Shown: one piece after another, positions 47,385 to 56,959 of the stretch | Layout: the number at the start of each line of letters is the position of its first letter | Numbering within the stretch: position 1 is the stretch's first letter | DNA from: a virus | Taxonomy: Duplodnaviria > Caudoviricetes | IMG/VR virus record: IMGVR_UViG_2868569063_000004 | Span: 58,875 to 122,874 of that record | Direction: 5' to 3' (one strand) | Length of the DNA: 64,000 bases | Made by a program: the position numbers and the translations under genes | The notes under the pieces: generated by a model | Database searches by the model: none | What the model was told of the DNA's origin: nothing | Seen by the model: the letters and a program-made list of their open reading frames with translations, nothing else

Positions 47385-48020
47385 ATGAGATATGTTTTAG
47401 AAAGTGAAAAATATCCTGGAAATTATTTGGTGTTTAAACATGGAAGTCCTCCTCATGTGGTGGATTTAAAATCTGCTCAGAAGTTTGACAATGTACCGAA
47501 AGCTTTAAACAGGATATCAACAATTCCTAAAAATTTAAGCATATACGCCCCTTGGAAAGTAACATCAGTTGATGAGAGAGTTGGTTTTGTACAGCAGAAT
47601 AAATCTCTTGTAGAGATTGGTGATTATAAAAAGAAAATAGATGACAGCATATTGCCTATTAAAGAAATATTAGGTAATAGAAAACCTTTAGAAAAACAGC
47701 TAAAGGAACTGGAGCTTATATCTCAGGATCTTGATCACTATATAGAATTTAATAAACTGAATGTTACTTCTGGATATTGGGCCTATAAAATAAAAAAAGC
47801 AATTAGAGAGAAACGAAGAAGTATAAAAGAAGATCTATATTATATAGATTATCTTCAGACAGCTTCATTACCTCAAATTGTAAACGGGGAAGGGAGGCCT
47901 AATTTAGATAATCAAAAATATCGAATTAGATCAGATATTGGACAAGAGTTTTTTAATCAGAAGTACATATCTAAAGAAATAGCAGAGAAGATTTGCAAAG
48001 AAATAGAGGAGATTACATAA
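47385..48020 (+). CDS. Hypothetical coiled-coil protein
   Basis: DLDHYIEF...RR.IK motif; GAGG RBS. Confidence 0.78.
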   Translation: MRYVLESEKYPGNYLVFKHGSPPHVVDLKSAQKFDNVPKALNRISTIPKNLSIYAPWKVTSVDERVGFVQQNKSLVEIGDYKKKIDDSILPIKEILGNRKPLEKQLKELELISQDLDHYIEFNKLNVTSGYWAYKIKKAIREKRRSIKEDLYYIDYLQTASLPQIVNGEGRPNLDNQKYRIRSDIGQEFFNQKYISKEIAEKICKEIEEIT

Positions 48021-48925
48021 TGAATGAATTAATTATGCTGGTAGGTTTACCTGCTTCCGGTAAAAGTACATGGGCTAAAGAGTATTCAGAAACTCATCCT
48101 GATTATATAGTGCACTCTTCTGATAAACTCAGAGAAGAAATGTATGGAGATAATTATGATGACGCAGACAACAGTAAAGTATTTGAAGAACTGCATCGTA
48201 GAATACTGGAAGATTTGAAAATGCATTCGGTTATTTATGATGCTACTAATTTGGTAAAGAAAAGAAGAGTGCATTTTTTAAAAGGAGTTCCTAAACATGT
48301 TTATAAAACATGTATTATGTTTTTGAAAACGTATGAAAAATGTTTAAAGGATAACTCAAAAAGGGAAAATTCAGTTCCAGACGAAGTGATTACAAGAATG
48401 AGGAAAGTATTTTCTCCACCAATGTACCATGAAGGGTTCAATGAAATTAGAGTTGTACAAGATGATCATAAAGATATAAAAGAATTAATAGATATGGCTC
48501 GTGACTTCGATCAAGAGAATCCACATCATTCTCTTACTCTTTATGAACATCTGAAAAAGGTTTCAGAAGGAGTACCTAGAGAAGAAAAAAATTTATGGGT
48601 GGCGGCCTGTCTCCATGATATTGGAAAGCTTTTCACTAAATCAAGAATTAATGGAAAAGGTGAAGAGGATGATTACTGTCACTATTATCAACATCATTGT
48701 GTTGGAGCTTATGAATGTTTAACATGTTTTGATTTTTCCGGTGCACTTACAGGAAAAGATATATATGATGCTTTTTATACAGCAAATTTGATTTATTATC
48801 ATATGCATCCCTATTTATCATGGTCGCAATCAAACAAGGCAAAGAATAAAGATAAGTATTTAATTGGAAAACAGATGTTTTCAGATGTGATGTTATTACA
48901 TGAAGCAGATGTTAAAGGGCATTGA
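48020..48925 (+). CDS. Polynucleotide kinase (AAA_33) fused to HD domain
   Basis: GLPASGKST, SSD..R, DATN; HH...EH, LHDIGK, HM, D. Confidence 0.88.
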   Translation: MNELIMLVGLPASGKSTWAKEYSETHPDYIVHSSDKLREEMYGDNYDDADNSKVFEELHRRILEDLKMHSVIYDATNLVKKRRVHFLKGVPKHVYKTCIMFLKTYEKCLKDNSKRENSVPDEVITRMRKVFSPPMYHEGFNEIRVVQDDHKDIKELIDMARDFDQENPHHSLTLYEHLKKVSEGVPREEKNLWVAACLHDIGKLFTKSRINGKGEEDDYCHYYQHHCVGAYECLTCFDFSGALTGKDIYDAFYTANLIYYHMHPYLSWSQSNKAKNKDKYLIGKQMFSDVMLLHEADVKGH

Positions 48926-48965
48926 TTTTCGATATAAACAATGATATAAAACAGGAGAATAAAAA

Positions 48966-50066
48966 ATGAGAATTATTAAGGTAGGAAACACATTTAGAAC
49001 TTACGACGATTCATTAGAAACTTTCGACAAGCTTCCGGCTCAGAATTATGTCGTGAGGTTTCAAAAGAATTCTGGTTTCTTTTTAGAAAAATATGCAGAC
49101 ATAGAAATCAAAGAAAAAACCTACGGAGTACATATGAGTAAGGTTGAAAAAGTTCTTAAGGCTTTTCCAAAAGCAGAAAAGAACCTTGGCGTTATCCTGT
49201 CAGGCAATAAAGGAATCGGCAAATCATTGTTTGCAAAGACATTGGCTGTGGAAGCAACAAAAGTTGGTTTACCAGTTATCATTGTAGACACGTATATTCC
49301 TGGAATTGCAAGTTTCATAGAAGAAATTGAACAGGAAGTAATGATACTGTTTGATGAATTTGATAAAACATTTGGCAGTATTAAAGCTGCTGATGGCATG
49401 GCAGATCCTCAAACAGAAATGCTTACATTGTTTGATGGATTGTCTCAAGGGAAGAAAATGTTTGTGATTACTTGTAATGACCTCAACTCGTTAAATAGTT
49501 ATTTAGTAAACAGACCTGGAAGATTCCACTATCATTTTAGATTTGAGTATCCGTCAGATGCTGAAATTACAGAGTACTTAGAAGATAAGTTAGATAAACA
49601 GTATTACAGTGAAATTGAAAAAGTAATTTCTTTCGCTCACAAAGTAGATTTAAACTATGACTGCCTGAGAGCAATTGCATTCGAGTTGAATTTTGGAGAG
49701 CCTTTTGAGATAGCAATCAAAGATTTGAACATTATTAATCTGAATAGTGTTATATATGAAGTCATTTTACATCTTGAAGATGGTTCTGAAGCAACTACAA
49801 AATTGACTATTGATTTCTTTGATAAGAGCGCAACGATTGAACCAGAATTCTGCTTTAAAGGAACCTATGTAGATGCTTCTTGTAAAGTTCTTGATTGTGA
49901 GTTTGATCATAAAAAAGGCATCATTTATGTATCTGGAAATGATATTAAATTAGAAAGTGATAATTACTACAATGATGAAGAAGATAAAAAGATCATCAAA
50001 ACAATGAAGCCAGCATATATGACTTTTGTAAGAGCAAAAAGTAGAGAATTGCATTATGCAGTATAA
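48966..50066 (+). CDS. AAA+ ATPase
   Basis: GNKGIGKS, LFDEFDK, NRPGR. Confidence 0.9.
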   Translation: MRIIKVGNTFRTYDDSLETFDKLPAQNYVVRFQKNSGFFLEKYADIEIKEKTYGVHMSKVEKVLKAFPKAEKNLGVILSGNKGIGKSLFAKTLAVEATKVGLPVIIVDTYIPGIASFIEEIEQEVMILFDEFDKTFGSIKAADGMADPQTEMLTLFDGLSQGKKMFVITCNDLNSLNSYLVNRPGRFHYHFRFEYPSDAEITEYLEDKLDKQYYSEIEKVISFAHKVDLNYDCLRAIAFELNFGEPFEIAIKDLNIINLNSVIYEVILHLEDGSEATTKLTIDFFDKSATIEPEFCFKGTYVDASCKVLDCEFDHKKGIIYVSGNDIKLESDNYYNDEEDKKIIKTMKPAYMTFVRAKSRELHYAV

Positions 50067-50103
50067 ATAATCTGTATATAGATACCTTCATAGGTATCTA
50101 TAG

Positions 50104-50175
50104 AGGGTAGTGGCCAAGCGGTAAGGCACAGCACTTTGACTGCTGCATTCATGGGTTCGAATCCCATCTACCCCG
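50104..50175 (+). tRNA. tRNA-Gln(TTG)
   Basis: Cloverleaf; CAGCA-CTTTGAC-TGCTG; GGTTCGAATCC. Confidence 0.9.
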
Positions 50176-50580
50176 TAGTTCTAAGTTAGCTCTGAAGGCC
50201 AAAGAGGTAACCGATAGAGCTAAGGTATACCTACTTATGTTCATGGCGGACATAGATAAAACTTAAGTGAAAATTTGGATGGTTTAATAACTGGAACCTG
50301 TTCAAAAAAGGGAACACAGTACATTGGTAGCAATGGTTTGGATGTACGAAACATTTATATAGATGTGCTTTGTGCTAATGAGGAAGTGGAGTGGAGAGGA
50401 CTGTACAAGTATGGTACGTGTAGTTAGTATGAAGCAAAAAGTAATTGCGTTAGCGAGGGTGATGGAAAGAGAGAAGGTCTGAGAATGATGACGATCATTC
50501 ATGTAGCTGACATGATTACAAATCAATCATTATAGTTGTTACGTTTTTATATGTGGGTGTTTTCAAAGTTCACCCACTAT

Positions 50581-50654
50581 GGAAACTTAGCTCAGTTGGT
50601 TAGAGCAACCGGCTCATAACCGGTCGGTCCTGGGTTCGAATCCCAGAGTTTCCA
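50581..50654 (+). tRNA. tRNA with CAT anticodon, probably Ile2 rather than initiator Met
   Basis: ACCGG-CTCATAA-CCGGT; paired 1:72; lacks the initiator GGG/CCC anticodon stem. Confidence 0.85.
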
Positions 50655-50878
50655 TTTCTCCTGACGAAGGAGTGACTTTTGAGAGCTCTAATTTTCAATA
50701 GTAAAGAGCCGTTGCTGATTTGGTAGTGAGAATCAGATGGCGCTGGAAAGACAGATAGTTTTTGAGATGTTTTGTAATGAGACAAACATTCAGCTTTAGA
50801 GAAAATGTAGGGAATTGAGCTGATCAAAGAACACATAATCCTGTTGTGACTGCAGCACGACAGGTCATGCATGAAAAG

Positions 50879-50951
50879 TGATAAGTAGCTCAGTTGGGAG
50901 AAAGAGCGCACTACAAAAGTGAGGTCGGTGGTTCGAGTCCACTCTTATCAC
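50879..50951 (+). ncRNA. tRNA-like element with truncated anticodon arm
   Basis: TGATAAG/CTTATCA acceptor, GCTC/GAGC D stem, GGTGG-TTCGAGT-CCACT T arm; anticodon arm only CAC-TACAAAA-GTG. Confidence 0.7.
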
Positions 50952-50992
50952 AGGCAATTAAATTAAAGTTTAAAATTCAGGAGGTATTTATC

Positions 50993-51631
50993 ATGACAAC
51001 AGAAAAAATGAATGTACACAAAGCATTAGCGGAACTGAAGATCTTAGATGATCGTATTGTAAAAGCAATTAACAGTGTAGAAGCTTGTATTTCAAATAAG
51101 CATTCTAACACAAAAGTCAAAGGTGTAGATATCAAAGTTTACACAGGGGTTATGAAATCTTCTTATGATAAAGCAACTGATTTAATCAAGAGAAGAGAAG
51201 CTATTAAAAGAGCTGTAGTTCTTTCAAATGCAGTAACTAAAGTCACTGTTGCTGATAAAGAGTATACAGTAGCTGAAGCTATTGAAATGAAAAATCATGG
51301 AATGGACTTCAAGAAACTTTTAAAACAGAAAATTAAAAAACAGTATGATGCTGCTATGGCTCAGATCATAACTGAGAATGGTAAATTGGAAGATAAAGCT
51401 GAAAATTATGTTGTAGGGCTCTATGGTAGCAAAGAAGGTAAAACCTCTACTGAAGAGTTTACAAAAACTAGAGAAGCCTATATAGAAGCTCAGACAATGG
51501 AACTTGTTGATCCAATTGGTGTTCTTAAAGAAATGGAGGATTTAGAAACAGAAATTGCAGAGTTCACTGCTGAAGTAGATGCGGCACTTTCAGTAAGTAA
51601 TTCTCTGACAGAAATAGAAATTACATACTAA
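50993..51631 (+). CDS. Coiled-coil protein, DIP1984/DUF6847-like
   Basis: ATG 50993 after AGGAGG; M.V..AL.ELK.L..RI...TVAEAI...VD.ALS.SN..T.I. Confidence 0.75.
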   Translation: MTTEKMNVHKALAELKILDDRIVKAINSVEACISNKHSNTKVKGVDIKVYTGVMKSSYDKATDLIKRREAIKRAVVLSNAVTKVTVADKEYTVAEAIEMKNHGMDFKKLLKQKIKKQYDAAMAQIITENGKLEDKAENYVVGLYGSKEGKTSTEEFTKTREAYIEAQTMELVDPIGVLKEMEDLETEIAEFTAEVDAALSVSNSLTEIEITY

Positions 51632-51635
51632 GATA

Positions 51636-52015
51636 TATTCACTGCTTATCGAAAACTTTAAACTATAATCTATATGTCTTTTTAGCTGGGTTAGACATAT
51701 ATAAAACAATAAAGAAACCACAGCATTACTTATACAGTAGATAATAGTATAAAATACAAAATGGATTAGGATTACGTGGTCGTATAGGACCTGTAAGCTT
51801 AATATATTATATTATTGGATGAGGCAGATAGCCATAGTACTGTAAAGTTCAAAGATTAAAACTCAAATCTTAAAATTCAAAATTCAAAGTTTATCCCAGT
51901 TTAAAGATTAAAGAATAAAGCATAAAGAATAAAGATTTATCAAATCCTTGGTAAAAGTTTATGAGCATGATTATACTTGGCTCTTAGTTTGTACAAGGCT
52001 GGTAAGTAGTGAATA
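51636..52015 (+). ncRNA. Candidate ~380-nt structured RNA with heptamer repeats
   Basis: 15-bp closing stem with two G.U pairs; 12 YAAA-initiated 7-mers at 51843-51936; no ORF. Confidence 0.68.
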
Positions 52016-52073
52016 AGTAAATATAATAGTCGCTTTCATTATTAACAATTGGCAGTTGAACTGCCAGTTGTAC

Positions 52074-52155
52074 CCACCCATGGTGGAATTGGCAGACACG
52101 TTAGATTTAGGTTCTAATGCTTAATAGCGTGAGAGTTCGAGTCTCTCTGGGTGGA
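52074..52155 (+). tRNA. tRNA-Leu(TAG)
   Basis: CCACCCA/TGGGTGG; TTAGA-TTTAGGT-TCTAA; long variable arm. Confidence 0.92.
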
Positions 52156-52179
52156 TTAATAAATAGAAAGGAGTAAAAA

Positions 52180-52779
52180 ATGTTTCAAGTAGGAGATATA
52201 GTACAAGTAATAATAGTGCCTAAAAAATATAAACAATATGATATTGCAGGTGCTACAGGCGTTGTAAAAACAGTTTATTCTAACAATATAAGAATACATA
52301 TCTCTAGTTATTACAATGAAGAATCAGAAGAAGGAGATTTTTATTTTAAAGAAAATGAGCTAAATAATTTTACAAGAAAGGAAAATGATATGTCAATTAT
52401 AGAACTTTGGGAGAAAAGAAGTATTGAAAAGATTGATAAGGAAGCTGAAATTAAATTAATGGAATTGCTTGCAGAAGATGAATATACTCATGATTTAATT
52501 TTACACATGAATGATCTAAAAGATGCCGGGTTTAAAGTTGAAATACCAAATAATATTTATGATATGACTTCTGATTATACCAGAGGAATGAGAACTATTA
52601 CTTTAAGTTCAGCAGAAGAGAAAAAAGTTGAAATTAAAAAAGTAGCAGAAGAGATTGGTGTCTTATTAGAGATGTGTAAAGGAGACGTTGTTAAAGAAAT
52701 GGAGATTCTTTGTAGCTATAGAGTTGTAGAATATCCATTCGGGAGAATGACTGTTGGAGGTAGTACTTGTGGAAAATAA
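52180..52779 (+). CDS. Hypothetical protein with N-terminal KOW/SH3-like domain
   Basis: MFQVGDIVQV; possible internal start at MSIIELW. Confidence 0.75.
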   Translation: MFQVGDIVQVIIVPKKYKQYDIAGATGVVKTVYSNNIRIHISSYYNEESEEGDFYFKENELNNFTRKENDMSIIELWEKRSIEKIDKEAEIKLMELLAEDEYTHDLILHMNDLKDAGFKVEIPNNIYDMTSDYTRGMRTITLSSAEEKKVEIKKVAEEIGVLLEMCKGDVVKEMEILCSYRVVEYPFGRMTVGGSTCGK

Positions 52780-53302
52780 AAAGAAAATTTTGATTGTTAT
52801 TGATGTTCAGAATGATTTTGTGACAGGTTCGCTAGGTACACCGGAAGCTCAGGCAGTTGTACCGAATATAGTGAAAAAAGTGGAAGAATATAGATCAAGA
52901 GATGATGTGATTATTTTTACAACTGATACTCATTACGATGATTATTTGGAAACACCAGAAGGCAAAAAACTTCCAGTGTCACATTGTATTGTAGGAACTT
53001 CTGGCTATGAAATTATTCCAGAATTAAATGTTGAACTTTCAACAATGGAAAAGATTTATCCTAAAAATACTTTTGGATATAGATGGAATATAAGCCATTG
53101 GATATGTTGTTATGATGTTGAAATTATTGGTGTATGCACAGATATCTGTGTAGTAACTAATGCATTAGTATTAAAAACACATTATCCGGATATAGAAATT
53201 ACAGTTGATGCGTCATGCTGTGCCGGGACTTCACCGGAGAAGCATAAAGCAGCTTTAGAAGTGATGAAAAGTTGCCAGATTAATGTGATAGGAGAGAAAT
53301 AA
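52769..53302 (+). CDS. pncA: Nicotinamidase (isochorismatase family)
   Basis: VIDVQNDF, DTH, HC..GT.G, K, GVCTDICV. Confidence 0.85.
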   Translation: MENKKKILIVIDVQNDFVTGSLGTPEAQAVVPNIVKKVEEYRSRDDVIIFTTDTHYDDYLETPEGKKLPVSHCIVGTSGYEIIPELNVELSTMEKIYPKNTFGYRWNISHWICCYDVEIIGVCTDICVVTNALVLKTHYPDIEITVDASCCAGTSPEKHKAALEVMKSCQINVIGEK

Positions 53303-53303
53303 G

Positions 53304-53765
53304 ATGGTAGGAGAAAATACTGTGAAAATGAAGAAATTAGAAGAAATTACATTAGAGGATATTCAGAATTATTTATATGATAATGATTGTGATGAAACAA
53401 TCACAACAAAAATCGTTACAAAAAATGATGTGGAAACATTGCAGATTTTGGAATTTGATGGACATTATGACGATGATATTTTAGTTTGTTCAATCTATAA
53501 AAAGAATGGTGATTTTATTATATGTAGAAATGAGGGGATGATTTGTCCATTTAATCATGCAGATGGTATTGAATATGATGATGAAGAAAATGAACTGTTT
53601 AAGATTAGTACAATTGTCGCAGGATTATTAAGCGAAGCGAAAACTTCATTATGTGAATCTATTGATTACTTTCAAAGACAGGTGGATTTTATTAATAATT
53701 TCTGCAATGGTAATCATTTGAATAATCCGTCTGTAATAACTACCTGTGATATTGAGCATAAGTAA
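53304..53765 (+). CDS. Hypothetical acidic protein
   Basis: ORF with GGAG RBS. Confidence 0.7.
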   Translation: MVGENTVKMKKLEEITLEDIQNYLYDNDCDETITTKIVTKNDVETLQILEFDGHYDDDILVCSIYKKNGDFIICRNEGMICPFNHADGIEYDDEENELFKISTIVAGLLSEAKTSLCESIDYFQRQVDFINNFCNGNHLNNPSVITTCDIEHK

Positions 53766-53782
53766 AGGATAAGTTAACTAAA

Positions 53783-53968
53783 ATGAAAAATAACAATGTT
53801 ATGAGTATGAATCTTGGGGATGCTATTGTATTTGTCCTAGATAGAGATGACAGCGAATGGACATCTTATAATGATTTATTAGATGATTTAACAGAATGTT
53901 TTTGGAAAATGTTGCCATATTATCTTAAAGGAGTATCTAATAATGGCGAACAAAACAACGCATTATGA
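53783..53968 (+). CDS. Small hypothetical protein
   Basis: Fills the gap; weak RBS. Confidence 0.5.
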   Translation: MKNNNVMSMNLGDAIVFVLDRDDSEWTSYNDLLDDLTECFWKMLPYYLKGVSNNGEQNNAL

Positions 53969-54749
53969 AGTTTTTGATTATTGGAAAGATAAAAGTATTG
54001 ATAAATATGGAAATTGTTATATAGGTGATAATGTTGATTTTCATAATACAATTCCCATAGTGAATGATTGGGGAGAACCAGAATGCTATGCGTGTGGACA
54101 TTCTGCAATAGATTATTCTCACATGGAAGACAATGAAAGATATAATCAGGCGTTAGGAGAAGACGATGGTTTAAAGTATATATATTCAAGAAAAGATGTA
54201 AAACATAATTTACAGCTAGCACACATTAGACCAAAAGCATTACAAGGAGAAGATATACCGTCTAATTTTGTTTTATTATGTCCAAGATGCCATAGAGATG
54301 CGCCTGATATTTTAAATAGAAAATTATTCTTATCATGGATATACGGGCGTAGAAAAGAAGGAACAATTTATGTACGATGTAGAGAAAAAGCAAAAATAAT
54401 TTTGCATGATGCATATGGTATGAATGATTTTTATGCTTTGGCATTGATGAAAGACGCATCAACTGCATTAGATAGGACTAAGGTAAATACACATGGTTCA
54501 ATATTGTGCGAAGATACAATTACATATGGATTTGTACAAGAAGCATTTTTAAATAGAACCAAATTGAAAGAAGAGTATGAAAAGATGTTTAAATTTACAA
54601 TAGAAGAACAAATTAGAAAAATTAAATCAAAATACAATATGACAACCAGCACAGAACATTATTCAGAAGTGGACAAAGCGATTTTAGATACGTTGAGAAG
54701 TGTTTTAACACAATACGATACATTTAAAACGTTAGAAATGGCTGAATAA
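53943..54749 (+). CDS. HNH-like nuclease domain protein
   Basis: CYAC...AHIRP...G.D...N..LLCPRCH. Confidence 0.75.
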   Translation: MANKTTHYEVFDYWKDKSIDKYGNCYIGDNVDFHNTIPIVNDWGEPECYACGHSAIDYSHMEDNERYNQALGEDDGLKYIYSRKDVKHNLQLAHIRPKALQGEDIPSNFVLLCPRCHRDAPDILNRKLFLSWIYGRRKEGTIYVRCREKAKIILHDAYGMNDFYALALMKDASTALDRTKVNTHGSILCEDTITYGFVQEAFLNRTKLKEEYEKMFKFTIEEQIRKIKSKYNMTTSTEHYSEVDKAILDTLRSVLTQYDTFKTLEMAE

Positions 54750-54774
54750 GTGGATTAACATAATAGGGAAAAAA

Positions 54775-55137
54775 ATGATTTTTGGGTATAGAGTAGAAGA
54801 CCAAGTTGAAAAACATGGACTGTGGCGGAATTTTGATGGAACATGGAATCCTGTATTCGACCAGCTCTCAGAAGGATTGAGTAGAAACCTGCCAATGGAA
54901 GATAGTGAATTATACAGAGAAGGTGGGGAACAGTGGTTTTCAGCAGCACCGTCAAAAGAAACATTAAAACACTGGTTCAGTCTTACCGATGTTCTTGAAC
55001 TCCAGAAACTTGGGTATAAGATTTATGAATTTCAGCTTGTTGGAACGAAACAGATTTCAGATTTTGAGATTATTTTTACAAGAGATAACATTATTGAGCA
55101 GCGAGAAATAGATTATAAGGAGATTTGGAATGATTAA
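54775..55137 (+). CDS. Hypothetical protein
   Basis: YRVE...GLW...WFSA......L..WF. Confidence 0.72.
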   Translation: MIFGYRVEDQVEKHGLWRNFDGTWNPVFDQLSEGLSRNLPMEDSELYREGGEQWFSAAPSKETLKHWFSLTDVLELQKLGYKIYEFQLVGTKQISDFEIIFTRDNIIEQREIDYKEIWND

Positions 55138-55933
55138 ATTAAACGGCGTAGAAATCAAACTTGACAAATATCCTGATGGGACATTCTTATTTAAGAATAT
55201 CCCACCCATCGGAGGATGGTGTAGAGATAATATTGAATGGTTCTTTGAATCAATGGAAGAATTAACAGCAGTTGAATATATTACTAGATATTGTTGGGAT
55301 CATAGAGTAGTGCCTAATTTATATATGCCTTATATCCCAGATGCTCGTATGGATCGAGTTAAGTATGAGAACGAATTATTTACTTTAAAATATTTTGCTC
55401 AGACTATCAATTCATTACATTTTGGAAGAGTAGAAGTTTTAGATCCTCACTCTGATGTATCTGCCGCATTATTTAATAAAGTACATGTAGAGTCACCGAA
55501 TCGAATGATTGAAGATACTGTCAAGAAGATTGCTAGTGATAATCTTATGATGTTTTATCCGGATGCAGGATCTATGAAAAGATATTCTTCAGCAGTACAT
55601 CTTCCATATGCTTTCGGTATTAAGAATAGAGATTGGGAGACTGGAGAAATTAAAGGTTTAGATTTATCAGGTGAAATTAATCAACTGCCAGGTAAAGATA
55701 TCCTTATTGTAGATGATATCTGCAGCAGAGGTGGTACTTTTTATTATAGTGCTAAGAAACTAAAAGAAACAGGAGTAAATAAGATTTATCTTTATATAAC
55801 TCATTGTGAGAATACTATTTATGAAGGAGAACTTCTGAAAAACAATGGACTGATTGAGAAGATTTATACGACAGATACGATTCTAACAAATCTGGAAAGT
55901 CCTAAGATTGAATTGGTTGAGAGATTTAGATGA
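55130..55933 (+). CDS. prs: Ribose-phosphate pyrophosphokinase-like enzyme (candidate ADPR-PP synthetase)
   Basis: YPDGT, PY.P.ARMDR, DPHS, PDAG, K.R, IVDDICSRGGTF, TH. Confidence 0.88.
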   Translation: MIKLNGVEIKLDKYPDGTFLFKNIPPIGGWCRDNIEWFFESMEELTAVEYITRYCWDHRVVPNLYMPYIPDARMDRVKYENELFTLKYFAQTINSLHFGRVEVLDPHSDVSAALFNKVHVESPNRMIEDTVKKIASDNLMMFYPDAGSMKRYSSAVHLPYAFGIKNRDWETGEIKGLDLSGEINQLPGKDILIVDDICSRGGTFYYSAKKLKETGVNKIYLYITHCENTIYEGELLKNNGLIEKIYTTDTILTNLESPKIELVERFR

Positions 55934-55985
55934 ATCAGTCCTGTACACACGCAGCATTCTTGCAGAAAAGAGGTAAGAGAAGAAA

Positions 55986-56273
55986 ATAAGTAAATCAGTA
56001 TTAGTGATTGATACGCCAGAGAAATGTATACGTTGTCCGCTATTAAACGATGCAGATGAATGCACAGTACAAGATGCTAATGCAAATTTCAATGCTGGTG
56101 ATTCGTGGGATGAGTTAATGAAAGGATGTCCTTTGAATCCATTGCCGGATAAAATGAAATTAACAGGAGTGTACGGAAGAGAGTATTTTCAAAGCAATGG
56201 AAAAATGCCTAGCTACAAGATTGGTTGGAATGATTGTTTGAGAGAAATTACAGGAGAAGATAATAATGAGTAA
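55986..56273 (+). CDS. Cys-containing phage protein, probable ATA start
   Basis: (I)SKSVLVIDTPEKCIRCP parallels MSKVMLSIEEPNSCDECP of the next gene. Confidence 0.7.
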   Translation: MSKSVLVIDTPEKCIRCPLLNDADECTVQDANANFNAGDSWDELMKGCPLNPLPDKMKLTGVYGREYFQSNGKMPSYKIGWNDCLREITGEDNNE

Positions 56274-56634
56274 AGTTATGTTATCTATAGAAGAACCTAA
56301 TTCATGTGACGAATGCCCATTTTCAGAATTAGAAACGTATGGATATTATTGCCAATTATTAAATAAATACATTAATTCCTTAAAAAGGAAAGAACATTCA
56401 ACGATTCCTAAATTATGTCCATTAAGAGAATTACCAGATTACCGTACAGAAACATACAAATGGGAAGATAGACTTCTAAGCTTACAAGACGTGATTGAAT
56501 CAATGGCTTATGAAATTGCTACATATAGACACTCTAATAGATATTCTCATATAGAAGATGTGGATGATATTTTAAGAGAATATGAAGTTGATAAAATTAT
56601 AAAGGAGATGAGAAAGTATGGAACCAATTATTAG
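56266..56634 (+). CDS. Cys-containing phage protein, paralog of the previous gene
   Basis: P..C..CP...C...CPL..LPD. Confidence 0.75.
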   Translation: MSKVMLSIEEPNSCDECPFSELETYGYYCQLLNKYINSLKRKEHSTIPKLCPLRELPDYRTETYKWEDRLLSLQDVIESMAYEIATYRHSNRYSHIEDVDDILREYEVDKIIKEMRKYGTNY

Positions 56635-56959
56635 TCCTTGGTTGATTTATTTTGCAAGTAGAGCAGATGCAGTGGGGACTTTATTTCTGATTGTTGCAGT
56701 AGCTGCATTTGCAATATGTTTGATAGGATTTGATGATTTAACAAAGAATGGATTCAAGTTATTTATTTCAATTGGGATTATTTCTGTAATTTTAACAGTT
56801 CTTACACCAACTACCGAAACCGTTTATACAATGATGGTTGCAAATGAACTAACATCGGACAATGTTCAAGCAATTGGGAAAACCGGCAAGGATGTTATTG
56901 ATTACATTACTGATCAGATTGATAAAGTTGTAAACGACAAAGAGGAGGATAAAAAATAA
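56618..56959 (+). CDS. Membrane protein (two TM)
   Basis: PIISPW.IY, hydrophobic helices, P..ET.Y.M. Confidence 0.78.
   Translation: MEPIISPWLIYFASRADAVGTLFLIVAVAAFAICLIGFDDLTKNGFKLFISIGIISVILTVLTPTTETVYTMMVANELTSDNVQAIGKTGKDVIDYITDQIDKVVNDKEEDKK

Noticed and set aside
50894-50992. N-terminal extension of the tracked 245-aa ORF
   Set aside because: Overlaps the tRNA-like element; the RBS supports ATG 50993.
51843-51936. CRISPR array or simple microsatellite
   Set aside because: Units are 7 nt, degenerate and unspaced, with no cas genes; enclosed in a paired structure.
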